Positions 24,837-37,499 of a stretch of 64,000 nucleotides of DNA are shown here, in pieces. The position numbers and the translations under genes are program-made. The notes below the pieces were generated by a model that was given only the letters and a program-made list of their open reading frames with translations, was not told where the DNA came from and did no database searches. Every line of letters begins with the position of its first letter. The first letter of the stretch is position 1. Source of the stretch: Scyliorhinus canicula. Taxonomy: Eukaryota. Location of the stretch: NCBI RefSeq assembly GCF_902713615.1, contig NC_052147.1:26276276-26340275 (forward strand), given 5' to 3'.

Positions 24837-25159
24837 GGGCAGCACGGTAGCACAAGTGGATAGCACTATGGCTTCACGGCGCCAGGGTCCCAGGTTCAAT
24901 TTCCTGCTGGGTCACTGTGCGGATTCTGCACGTTCTCCCTGTGTCTGCGTGGGTTTCCTCCGGGTGCTCTGGTGTCCTCCCACAGTCCAAAGACGTGCAG
25001 GTTAGGTGGATTAGCCATGCTAAATTGCTCTTAGTAACCAAGAAGGTTAAGAGGGGTTATTGGGTTACAGGGAAAAGGGTGGAAGTGAGGACTTAAGTGG
25101 GTCAGTGCAGACTTAATGGGCCGAATAGCTTCCTTCTGCACTGTATGTTCTATGTTCTA
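24837..25159 (+). mobile_element. HE1-like V-SINE type A
   Basis: tRNA head, V-domain, (tatgttc)n tail. Confidence 0.9.
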
Positions 25160-26519
25160 ATTTAGTGGTCATTTACTTTTTAAGGAAAGAGCCCTATCAG
25201 CAATCACCTCAATAAACACAGACTTCAATTATCATACAGTATATAATCATGACATTTGAAGTTGGCAGAATCTATAAAACATAACTGTCAAGAGGTTCTT
25301 GCCTCTGCAATAGGCTACCACAAGGTTCACAAACACACTGACCTGATGTCGTTCACGCAAGCTTCATAAACCCAGCTGCCTCGCAGAAAATCTCAAACTC
25401 AGTTAAATTCAAAATTGTGCTTGGCATTAATATGGAAGAGCAAATGCCAGTTTGGGTGCTTGCCAAGTCAAAACCCTTCACATTTCCCGCATCTGTTAAA
25501 ATGGTGATCGGCAGGAATCAGCGTGCAAATACAAACTTATGGTACCCCTGCCTTCACTTGCGACCACCTGATGCGGGCGTGTTCTGAATCGGGCTGACAA
25601 AATATTTATAAAGCCAAGAATTCCATATGCTTTTTATCCTAAAACCTTGTCAGCTCAGTCCTTGCACTTTCAAAGGGTGCAGTCATATTATTTCAACGAT
25701 CTATACTTGAGAGGTTCTAGGGTCCAGTTTTACTCTTCAGTCAACGAGTTTGGAATGAACAACAGATCCAGGATTCATCTGCTACCCTCAGTAATCTCAG
25801 TACCATGGGTGTTCTTCCAGTCACACAGACACCTTGGCATCTTTTATGAAGAAATCACTTGGGAATGAGACTTGGGAGCTCTCTGTTGAAGAAACATAAT
25901 GGGAAGATATATGAAGTAGAATTAACAAAATGTTTCACTGCATTCAGAAGACAGAAATTCGATTTAAGCTTTTCTGTACAATCTCTCGTACACAAGGGAG
26001 ATCCTGCTCTAAATTCCCCAACTCCATCATGAGCAATGTGATGCAATTCAGAGCAATTTGTTTGGAATTCAAATCAGGTAACAGTGGATCAAAGACCAAC
26101 GCTGAGTAATGCTCAGAATGTAATGGAGCTTTTGGTCACCTCTCCCAAAAGTGCCCTCAATGGCCTTCTTTTGTCTTCTTGCACCTTTGTGAAATGCTTT
26201 GGGATTTCTTTTCCCTTGTGTTAACGTCACTGCATAAATGCAAGTCACTGCTCTCAATGTAGCGATGCTCCCTTAAAATTATACTGGAACTTAGAAGATG
26301 TTCAGTTGTTTGCGACAATGGTTTACTCTTCCTCTTAGCACTGCAACTTGAGCACTTTGACAGACCTGAAACCTGACCCCAATATTCACCTCCTGCAGTG
26401 ATCTACCGAAGGCAAGTGTAGGCGGCGGAAGATGTCCATTATAAACTCTTAACTCCCAGTTCAGCGATATCTTACCTCCTCCACTTCCTCCTCCTCCTCT
26501 TCTTTCCTTCTCTTCCCAT

Positions 26520-27050
26520 TAACTATCCCTGAATCACTAATGTTCTTTAAAGAAGGAATTCATGACCTAGTCTGGCCTATATGTGACTCCACACCCACAG
26601 CAATATGGCACAGTGATTAGCACTGCTTCCTCACAGCTCCAGGGTCCCGGATTCAACTTCAGCTTCGGGTGACTGTGTGGAGTTTGCACGATCTCCCTGT
26701 GACTGTGTGGGTTTCCTCCGGGTGCTCCGGTTTCCTCCCACAGTCCAAAGGTGTGCAGGTTAGGTGGATTGGCCATGATAAGTTTCCCCTGATTGTCCAA
26801 AAGGTTCCGTGGGGTTACTGGGTTACGGGGTTTGGGTGGAGGTCTGGGCTTAAGTAGGGTGTACTTTCCAAGGGCCGGTGCAGACTCGATGGGCTGAATG
26901 GCCTCCTTCTGCACTGTAAATTCTATGATTAACTGCCCTCTAAAGTGGCCTCAGCAAGCCACTCAGTTCAAGGGCAATTAGGAATGGGCAACAAATACTG
27001 ACCCAGCTAGTGACGCCGACATCCCGTGAAATAGCAAAGAACAAAAGAAA
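26520..27050 (+). mobile_element. Older tRNA-derived SINE (type E) interrupted by an HE1-like V-SINE (26606-26929)
   Basis: tctggcctatatgtgactcc...ttaactgccctct...caagccactcagttcaagggcaattagg, also seen at 35950-36200 and 56300-56630. Confidence 0.8.
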
Positions 27051-28569
27051 ATCAAAGAAGTAAACTGCCATTTCAGCCTCTGCTCTCAATAATGTGAGTT
27101 TTTACTTTTACAAATTCTGACACTGCAAAACATGTACTCTGCATTTCATTTACAGCATGTAGTTACATTTTACCATATAATTTACCTCGCAACAGTAATG
27201 AAAATGAAGGCAATATGGTGGTCAATCTAAACATTGGCAGGGGTGTAAAGCAGGCATGTTGGCATGGAGAGTGCTGTACAGCCGCCTGACCTTCCTTCCT
27301 GTGGGCTTGAATGGAAAGCCACATTGCGAAGGGCTCATACTGAATGATTAATCCAAGCCACAATTCCAGCCCTGTCAAATTTAAGAGTTACCTTTTCCCC
27401 ACATACTTCTTGGATGAAAAAGTACCAATGATATTTATACAATCTATGTTTTAGGTGGATTGATTGGCTGTGCTAAATTGCCCCTGAGGGTGAGGTCGCA
27501 GGAATAGCTCGGCAGATTGGGCCGAGGTAAGGTGCTCTTTCGAAGGGTTGGTGCAGTCACGATAGGTCGAATGGCCCATCTTCTGCACTATAGGGATTCT
27601 ATAAATGTCACTCATTTAAAATCTCAGATAATTCACCCAGTTTTTATTTACAACTTTGCTGTGACATATGCTTGGCTTAATTCTGAATACTGGGTGACTC
27701 AAGCTGTTCTTAGGTCAAATATGATTGTGATATCAGTGTCGGCCATGTACATGTGAAAGGTGCGTCACAATTATACTTCTTTATCTTTAGTTTATTTTAG
27801 ACATTAAAATTGAAGAATATAAATGAATATTCATCTGTGAAAAACATTTCAATCCCTGGAGAGTTACTTTGACTGCTGCAACAAGCAGCTTCAGTTCTTA
27901 ATTACTTCATTTCTTTGCAGTTTTTAAACGAACTATTTTGCCATTTAGTTTTCAGCTGAACAATTAGGAACACATTGAGTGAAATAATTATTTATACTGC
28001 ATATCATTACAACATTACAAAACTACATCTAAATTAACTATAATTAAATAAATTGTCTGTATTGGAGGTACCTGTCTTAATTTATTGTTTAAATGGGCCA
28101 TACATATGCCTTTTGGATTGATAGTTCATTGGTCATTACGTGGTAACAAGCCACAAGTTTGATACTAATGCAAAAAGGCAGCAATTGTTTTTTTTATCAA
28201 GTTAATATGATTGTTACTTTCAGCCCTTTCAAATATGTGATACAGGTGAGGATATTCAAATAGTCCTGTGGAATCTCACCATTTGGTTACTCTCGGGTGA
28301 GAAGGGGCTAGGTTTGTCAGTCTCCGTAATCCTGTAGCTTTTGCTCCGCTGTGAGGATGCATTCATTGGGTGTCAACTCAAAAGCTAGGAGAATGACTAC
28401 CAGAGCATCCAAAGCACTTTACATCCAATGGCCATGCTTAACATCGACAGTGCGTCACACGAAAGTTAGATTTTCCCTCAGCAATTAGTGCATTTACACA
28501 GAAAAAGGCAAGAAAAGCATTTCTTAAATTTTATAAAATATTCAAATTGTGTCTCACTTTGTTTTGTTT

Positions 28570-28795
28570 TCTTTATTTTAATTTAAAGTACCCAATTATT
28601 CTTTTCCAATTAAGGGGCAATTTAGCATGGCCAATCCACCTACCCTGCACATCTTTTTGGGTTGTGGTTTCACATCCATGCAGACACGGGGAGAATGTGC
28701 AAACTCCACACAGACAGTGAACCGAGGCCAGGATCGAACCCGGGTCCTCAGCGCCGTGAGGCAGCAGTGCTAACCACTGTGCCGCCGTACTGCCC
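28570..28795 (-). mobile_element. V-SINE type C
   Basis: Same body and A-rich tail; flanked by ctttgtttt. Confidence 0.88.
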
Positions 28796-28835
28796 TGCTT
28801 TGTTTTTCATATACCTTCATTTGTTTCTCCTGATA

Positions 28836-29143
28836 ATAATCTTTCTTAATGATAATCTTTATCATCGTCACAAGTAGGCTGACGTTAACACTGCAATGAA
28901 GTTACTGTGAAAATCCCCTAGTCGCCCCACTCTGGCGCTTGTCCAGAGACTTCAGAATGTCCAATTCACCAAACAAGCATGTCTGCTGGGACTGGTGTAA
29001 GGAAACCAAAGCACCCGGAGGAAACCCACGCAAGACATGGGGAGAACGTGCAGGCTCCAGACAGACAGTGACCCAAGCCGGGAATCGAATCTGCGACCCT
29101 GCCACTGTGAAGAAACAGTGCTAACCACTGTGCTAACATGCCA
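28836..29143 (-). mobile_element. V-SINE, tail type B
   Basis: Head, V-domain and type B tail. Confidence 0.88.
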
Positions 29144-29841
29144 CGGCTAGGATCCTCAAAAGCTGGCTGAGGAGATCTGAAGGTATGTACTGAGAATTGT
29201 GTGGATCCTGAGTGCTGTGGTTATTTGTACATTCATTGTCGAATACTGACTTTGTGGTAATTGTAACAGACACACCGGTCCTACAAATCAAGCTTTTTTT
29301 ATGACATTATTAACCTGGCGTAGCAATTAATGTATGATAGAAACAGGAGTTTGAGAAGACTAATGAAAACCTGTCTCTGCCATTGTCCCAACGACCAGAT
29401 CACTGTCATATCGATTGTATCGTCTTAATTTGCAATTCCCGAGGTTAGCAAGATATTCACATTCTTTTTTTAAAAATCCCCAGGTGGCGCTCAGAATAGT
29501 ATAATCATGAGATCATATGACGCTTGTGACATTGTTTCCGAATTAGCATATAAATAAAGCCTACACTTGGGTGCCTTTAGAAATCAGTGGAGAAAGTCAT
29601 TTTTATTAAATTCACCAGAAAGCTGTGAGCAACCAGCACCTTCCTTTCAAATCAGGCCCATTGTCCATTAGACATCTACTTCAGAGCAAATTGTTAAACT
29701 GCTTTGACTTCGGCAGAATTCAGGCTGTCCTTAAAGGCAGATGATTACAATTTCTAACTCTGGCTGCATAATGAATGAAGGCACTTTGGAGAATGTTAAC
29801 ACAGTTCCTTCCCTTATTTGATAGGGGAGGCTGAAAATCTG

Positions 29842-30515
29842 GGGCGGTATTCTCCCCTACCCGGCGGGACGGGGGAATTCTCTGCACCTTTAGGGGCTAG
29901 GCCTGCGCCGGAGGGGTTGGCGCCACACCTCCCGGCGCGAGCGGCCTCTGGCTCCCCGCCGGCTGCCGCGAACAGCCTTTCCGCCCCGCCAGCCGGCGCG
30001 AATGGCTGGCTGAAAGGCCTTCGCCGGCCGGCGTGAGGCCGCGCATGCACCGGAGCGTCAGCAGCCGCTGACGTCACGCATGCGGGGTGGAGGGGTTCTC
30101 TTCCGCCTCCGCCATGGTGGCGGCGGAAGAAAAAGAGTGACCCACGGCACTGGCCTGCCTGCCAATCGGTGGGCCCCGATCGTGGGCCAGGCCACCGTGG
30201 AGGCACCCCCCCGAGTCAAATCGCCCCGCCCCCCCCCCCCCCCCCCCCCCAGGACCCCGGGGCCCGCTCGCGCTGTCTGCTCCCGCCGCCACCAGAGGTG
30301 GTTTAAACCACGTCGGTGGGAGAGGCCTGTCAGCGGCGGGACTTCGGCTCATCATGGGCCGGAGAATCGCCGCGGGGGGCCCGTCGACCGGCGCGGCGTG
30401 ATTCCCGCCCCCGCCGATTCCCGGGTGGCGGAGAATTCCGGCCACGGTGGGGGCTGGATTTACGAAGGCCCCGGACGATTCCCCGACCCTGCGGGGGGTC
30501 GGAGAATTCCGTCCC
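29842..30515. mobile_element. GC-rich non-autonomous DNA transposon (Harbinger-like MITE)
   Basis: TIRs gggcggtattctcc / ggagaattccgtccc; homologous to 51692-52413. Confidence 0.8.
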
Positions 30516-31475
30516 TGATTGTCATTGATAATTGTTCAGAATAGGCCGGTATAGAGTTATGTTAATGAAATAAATCCTACAAGTTTTATCATGTCTGTTA
30601 CAGCTACTGTATGTTCCTCTACGCATAAAGGAATTACTAAATTACATAGATATGAGTAATTCCAATGTTTTTTAAAAAGGGGCAGTTTTAACATCTGGGC
30701 CCAGATCTTCTGGGCTTCATGTAGCCAGAAACTCTGACCCCTTAACTTCTCCCAAACTCACCTGATGAGATCCCATCCCCTGACTACCCAAATCCCTCTG
30801 ATTCCGCCTCCCACCTCGACCCTCCACCCAACCATACCTGATTGGCCTCCACCACCTGACGAACACCCAACGCCCACGACGCTCCGACACCTTCCAATCC
30901 ACTGATTTACCTCAACCTAATCTGACTAGCCATTACCATCCAACTACGCCCCATGATTCCTCCCGGAAACCCTGACTCCTCCGCGATCTGACCTGACCCA
31001 AAATCACCATCCTACCCACTTACCCCCACCCCCCCATCCCAACACACCCACTTAACTCACCCTCTTACCCACATTACACCTTCACCCAATTACCTTCACC
31101 CCGTAGCTTTTTAAAGAAGCGTTGGGACATTTTAACTCTTACTCACCAGACTACAGCAGTTAGTGCTGTGAAAAGGGGGTGGGGAGAGATTTTATAGAAT
31201 CATAGAATCCCTACAGTGCAGAAAGAGGCCATTTGGCCCATCGAATCTGCACCAACCCTTCGAATGAGTTACAGTCACTTTGACAGCCACAGGTAATGCT
31301 GTCCTTGTCTTACTTCGAGTTTGCAATTGAGGCTGCAGGGGATAGCAGGTTTTAGTCCCAACCTCCAGTGAAGTAAAGACATTGCAAGAATTAGTCACCA
31401 ATGTTGAAGTAACAGAATTACTTCATAAAGGCTCTTGAACAATGTGGGTTTTGCTGAGTGTCCTTCTCCCTCTCA

Positions 31476-31778
31476 CCACTGCTGTCTCACAGTGCCAGGG
31501 ACCTAAGTTCAATTCCGACCTTGGGTGACAATGTGGAGCTTGTACCTTCTTCCCGTGTCTGCGTGTGTTTCCCCCGGGTGCTCCGGTTTCCTCCCACAGT
31601 CCAAAGATGTGCAGATTAAGTGGATTGACCATGCTAAATTGCCCAGGGATCTGAAGGTTAGGTTATGGGTTTACGTTAGGGTGGAGTGGGCATAGTTAGG
31701 GTGCTCTTTCAGATGGTTGGTGCAGACCTAATGGGCAGCATGACCACTTTCTGCATTGTGGGGATTCTATGATTCTAT
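31476..31778 (+). mobile_element. HE1-like V-SINE type A
   Basis: V-domain and (attctatg)n tail. Confidence 0.85.
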
Positions 31779-32252
31779 CTGCAAAGCCCAATTAGTCTCC
31801 TTTGAAGCGGAAAAATATTCTGGCATGCAGGAATCATTCCTGAATGGTTGGATCGTTCTTGCAAAGAGTTAATGACAGAACAATGGATCAAATAGCAACT
31901 TGCCTGATGCATAATAGTGTGATTCCATGATGAAATATAAGCTGATGTGATATGGAAGACAGTAACTTGCCTTCCGGCACTAAAATTGTGGACCAATTGG
32001 AATGTACTCTGACACAAATTAAGCCTGATTCTCACTGCTTTCTACCCCAGTGTTCTGTGTCAATTAACTACACCCCAACCCCCCCCCCCCCCCGAGACCT
32101 TGCAGTATCGCTTCTCCCCTGCACCCCACCCCCCAGCCATCCATGGCCACCATCAACAAACACCTCTTTGCTTTAAAAGGAGACAGCAGGCTTTAAAATA
32201 TCACACAAATATGTTAAAAAATGTATTCAGTACTATCACCAGTTGCAATTTT

Positions 32253-32415
32253 TAATAATAATAATAATCTTTTATTGTCACATGTATGAAGTTACAGTGA
32301 AAAACCCCTAGTCGCCACATTCTGGCACCTGTTCGGGTAAGCTGGTACGGGAATTGAACCCACACTGCTGGCCTTGTTCTGCATTACAAGCCAACTGTCT
32401 AGCCCACTGAGCTAA
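32253..32415 (-). mobile_element. Short tRNA-SINE type D (no V-domain, type B tail)
   Basis: Tail shared with type B; head ending gggttcaattcccgtaccagc. Confidence 0.82.
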
Positions 32416-32689
32416 GATTGTTCAAACAAGCTAAAATACTCTTAATTAGCTCACACGTTCAGTTAATAAGGTGAACTAGATTCATATCAGATTAATTTTC
32501 ACCATTAGGATTAAGAGCGGTAATTAATATTTCTGGCTACATTTGAGAATTGGCTTTTGCATGAAAATATGCAAGTGATCGAGTGCAAATTTAAACAGGA
32601 TCAACACCATGTTTTAGTGGTATCATAATAAGAGTTTACTATTTTGTTTAACTGTTGTAATTTGCAGCCAATTATGAAGAGTTTATTGG

Positions 32690-33046
32690 CATAGAACATA
32701 GAACAGTACAGCACAGAACAGGCCCTTCGGCCCTCGATGTTGTGCCGAGCAAATGATCACCCTACTCAAACCCACGTATCCACCCTATACCCGTAACCCA
32801 ACAACCCCCCCCCCCCCCCCCCCCTTAACCTTACTTTTTAGGACACTACGGGCAATTTAGCATGGCCAATCCACCTAACCCGCACATCTTTGGACTGTGG
32901 GAGGAAACCGGAGCACCCAGAGGAAACCCACGCACACACGGGGAGGACGTGCAGACTCCGCACAGACAGTGACCCAGCCGGGAATCGAACCTGGGACCCT
33001 GGAGCTGTGAAGCATTTATGCTAACCACCATGCTACCATGCTGCCC
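32690..33046 (-). mobile_element. HE1-like V-SINE type A (young)
   Basis: CpGs intact; gggccgaagggcctgttctgtgctgtactgttctatgttctatg tail. Confidence 0.92.
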
Positions 33047-33421
33047 TTTTTCAGTGAAAAGGAAGTCATATTTGAAAATGATAACTTAAATTTCTGGGCA
33101 CAGACACAGTGGTATCTACTTCAAATAAAATCTCACCAGGACTGGTGATGGTTAATATTATCCTCCCCAATCTTTTAATCTGATTCTGTTCATGCAACCG
33201 CCGTGATTGTTTCCTGCTAGTTAAGGGCAACCATTTTGTCCAGGAATTAAACGTATTTGTTCTAACTTGGACAGTAGATTAGCTGGCTGCGGCCCTTGTC
33301 TCTTCACATGCCAACCAGGCTGGAAGGTGAATCATCCAGATGCTTTTCAGGGTGAACATTGAGGAGATCCTGTACAAAAGACAATGAAAAATGTTAGGTT
33401 CCATAAAGAAGGGAGAGTTTC

Positions 33422-33752
33422 ACATAGAAACATCCAAAATAGAAGCAGGAGGAGGCCATTCGGCCCTTTGAGGCTGCTCCTTCATTCATTATGATCATGG
33501 CTGATCATCAAGTTCAATACCCTGATCCCACCTTCTCCCCCATATCCCTTGATCCCTTTAGCCCCGAGAGCTATATCCAGTTCCTTCTTGAAATTACACA
33601 ATGTTTTGGCCTCTACTACTTTTTGTGAATTCCACAGATGCACCACTCTCTGGGTGAAGAAATTTCTCCTTAGCTCAGTGTTACTCCTTATCCTCAAACT
33701 ATGACCCCCAGTTCTGGACTAGCGCACCATCGGGAAAATTCTTTCTGAACCT
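33422..33752 (-). mobile_element. CR1 3' fragment
   Basis: RRNFFTQRVVHLWNS motif plus UTR. Confidence 0.87.
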
Positions 33753-33937
33753 TTTACAGGAATTAAGAACTGCATTGGCTATTCCATAACCGTTATTTTG
33801 TTTACATTACATCCGCCAAGTTAGAAGATCATCCTCAATATCCAGGCTCGATTGGGGGACATGAACAAAACTACTGTGCCAATATTACCTTTGCCAATAA
33901 TGTCCAGAGTATCTAGCTGTTTTTCCAGTATTTAACA

Positions 33938-34260
33938 GTAGTTAGCACAGTTGCTTCACAGCTTCAGGGTCCCAGGTTTGATTCCCGGTTTGGGTAACTT
34001 TCTGTGCGGTGTCTACGCGTTCTCCCCATGTCGCCGTGGGCTTCCTCCTGGTTCTCCGGTTTCCTCCCACGTCCAGAAATGTGCAGGTTAGGTGGATGGT
34101 CATGCTAAATTGCCCTTAGTGTGCAAAGAAAGGTTAGGTGGGGTTACTGGGTTACGGGGAGAGGGTTGAGATGTGGGCTTAGATAAGGTGCTCTTTCCAA
34201 GGTACAGACTTAATGGGCTGAATGGCCTCCTTCTGCACTATAAATTTTATGATTCTATGA
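33938..34260 (+). mobile_element. HE1-like V-SINE type A
   Basis: V-domain and CR1-type tail. Confidence 0.87.
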
Positions 34261-35949
34261 TTTTATTTATTTTCAAATTAGCTGTGTTTAAAGGTAATTT
34301 ACTTTGAATCAATTTTGAGCCTTGGAATGGTGCTATGGGGTAATGTTTGCGAGTTGAACGCAGAAATGCTATTGTCCGCTAAACTAGCGGAAGCTTATAC
34401 TCATTTACTTTTAAAAGCTGCGCTGCAAAAGCAGAGGGAGCAATTTTGGGCAAGCACGTTCAGCATTTGCATAGCCTTAACTCATAGAGCAAGCTCAATG
34501 TCTCATTTAATATTGGGTGAAAGAAATACCACTGCGACGGTGGGGATTACTTTACATGACTCGTCTGCTGCAACAAACAGATTTGTCGCCAGAGAACATT
34601 TGCTGAGGGAATTAAAGGGTTAACTGGCCATTTCCATTACACATTTGTATCAGCCAAGAAAATGCACAAATCTCAGACTGCAAGCACCAATATTCCTACT
34701 GGGTATTTAACATTTAATTCCATTGCAGTGTGGAAGGAAAACAAAAGTGATAATTTCATGGACACTGACAGGTTGAATGATCTTTTCCTTTCCTGGTCTA
34801 GAGAGAAGGGCAGAGATCAAAACCTGCTTTGCCAACAATTAGGCACACAGTGTAGTGAACGACAACAGGGCCGTTACAGTATGACGTCCCTTAGTCAGTC
34901 GAGTTGAGAGCTTTAACTGTGCTGTTAATGGACGACAGCAAGTTCTTTCAATTTAACAGTGTTATCTTTGGCATTGAGGTCGCCGCATTCAAAATCACAG
35001 GAGCTGCGATGTTCACGAGTAGTATCGGGGGATCTCAGACTGAAGCTGAACATTTCACGCATTCGACAGATCAAAGAATATTGTACACTGTAACTTGTTA
35101 ATTTTTTTCCCAGTTGAAATCTTCAAACATTAAGGACAAAAGTTCCAATCACGTATGACATTTCTCAGAACAGCAAGAATCAGGTTATGCAGCAAATGGG
35201 ATTTTCAACGTCCTTTTTAATTTCAATATCCAGCAGAAGTGTACTTCTTGCAGGATATACCTTGGGACAGGCACTGGGACATGTTAAAATTGTTCTGTGA
35301 ATGCCTGCTTGCCTCATTGCCCATAACCTACGCTGCTGCAGTCTTTCAGCTCTCAAGGGATTCAAGCGTTTCATTGGATTCCTGGTGAGAATTCCTGTTA
35401 CTTTGCTAATCTTCAAGATTTTCTGCGCCTGTGGAAAATGCGAAAATGCCATTGAGACTCTTGGACTAAATACAATGTGAGCTTTGCAGTCTTTGACAGT
35501 CCCTTTGTCGCATCGCATGCTGCTTATCTCGGGCCAGGTCAACAGGGGGCAGGAGGAGCAACAGAGCAAAATAACACACAGGGAGCAGTAAAGGAGACAA
35601 AAGAAGTGAAACACTTGGGGAAAGAAATAAAAATGAACAACCGATAGAAAAAATTCAAGAGCAAATAATGGAAGAGGGAAGAAAGAGCTGGAAAAGAATG
35701 AGGGTGTTTGAAAAGAAAATCAGGAGAACAGGATGTAAATTGGTAAACGGTTGGCGGAATTAAACAGGAGAACAAAAAAGAAACACACCAAAATGAAGGG
35801 TTGGTTAAATGACAATCAACAACAGCATGCATTTCTATTGCATTTTTAATATAAGGACCAAAGCTGAGCCCAAGTGGGAGATAAGAGATTGAATGATGAA
35901 AAGCTTGGTTAATGAATGCTGATGGAGGCCTTAAGGAAGAACTCCAGAG

Positions 35950-36200
35950 CTTTTTTCTTTATTCATTGTTGTGGATCTGGAGTCACATGTAGGCCAGACC
36001 AGGTAAAGATGACAGATTTCTTTCCTTAAAGGGCATTACGGAAAACCCAATGGTTCATGGTCATCTGTAGATTTTTCATTCCAGACTTTTTTCGAAAGTC
36101 AAATTTCGACATCTGCCATGGTGGGATTTGAACCCGGGCCCCGAAAGCATTATCCTTGGCCACAGGATTACTCGTCCAGTAACAATACCACCGTCTTCCC
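35950..36200 (-). mobile_element. tRNA-SINE type E remnant
   Basis: Reverse complement of the 56300-56630 family. Confidence 0.7.
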
Positions 36201-36576
36201 TGACTGAGGACCCAGTCACCAATTTGTGGCAAGCTGAGTTTGAGATGCTCGAGAGGCCAGAATAGATTCTCCGATTGCAAACGCAGAAATCACGATCGGC
36301 GACCGGCCGGAAATCCTTGTTCCTGACTAAATCGGGGGCGGCGGCGACTTTGCGATGCTCTGCCTCCTCCAATGCGGAGGGGGGGGGGGCGACCATGCGC
36401 GGGTCCTCCAAGCCAACCCCTGGACCTTGTATTCCCGTACTGGGGCAACACTAGTCCATGCCTGTCTGCCCCACCGACCACCCATAACTCCCACTGACTG
36501 CGGAGGTTTCTTGCCATGTGGCTGAAGGCTATTGCTAATAGGGATCTGGCAATCATGGTTATGTGAGCACTTTATA

Positions 36577-36988
36577 GGGGTGGCATGATGGTGCTGTGTT
36601 TCGATCCCGGCCCCGGGTCACTGTCTGTGAGACGTTTGCACATTCTCCCTGTGTTTGGACTTTGCTGCTTTGTGGACATGTTTATCAAAATCCTCCTGGT
36701 TTAAATCTTGCCAGGCCCAGTTTTTACAGTGACACTGCCTACACCATCTGTACCTGGGAACAGAGTTCTTATTTTGCTGAAGTTTGGCATGAACCGTGTC
36801 CCTAACCGTCGAAACACCAGAACCTTCCAGGCTTTTATGGTCAACAACGATGATAACTGAAGATCCTGTGTGTGGGTGGGTCTACCCCACAACCCAAAGA
36901 TGTGCAGGCTAGGTGGATTGGCCACGCTAAATTGCCCCTCAAATGGGGAAAAAAAGAATTGGTTACTCTAAATTTATATTAAAAATAA
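36577..36988 (+). mobile_element. V-SINE type C containing a 210-bp foreign insert (36655-36864)
   Basis: SINE halves rejoin across the cctgtgt repeats at 36648-36654 and 36865-36871. Confidence 0.82.
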
Positions 36989-37499
36989 AGTAAGCAATTC
37001 ACACTTCCCAAGTGGATCCTCAAGGGTGGGCCATGTAGCATGTGGTGCTAATTGCCTAGCATCCTGTTTACACTTTGCTGCATAGTCACTGTGCTTGAAC
37101 ACTGGGAGGCAGCACCACAGATGCAGAGGCCAACCTTTGATCACCCAGGGGATGGGCCCCAGCCCCGGGCACATGTCCGCGGCCGGGTGGGCAGGGCGGG
37201 TCAGGTGGAGACCCATGTCTGGGGAGATGGGGTATGGGATTGGTGGTTGGCCCGCACTGTGGATCAAAGAGCCAGAGGCGTCACACTGATTGTGTTGAGG
37301 GTATTTTTATGTTCCTTGTACAAGTGGACACCACTGCCCCACTCTCTTGGCGGTTTTGCCCCACTATCCCTACCCTCCCTCGCTCTCCCCAAGTGCCTCC
37401 TCCCCTCATTACCTCCCCCGATGCACACTCCACTCCTTACTACCTACTTACTCCCGCACCCCCCGCCATTTGCCCTCTCAGTGACCCTTGACATGCTTG

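Noticed and set aside
35180-35614. 144-aa ORF
   Set aside because: The N-terminus comes from a low-complexity pyrimidine tract and there is no recognisable domain.
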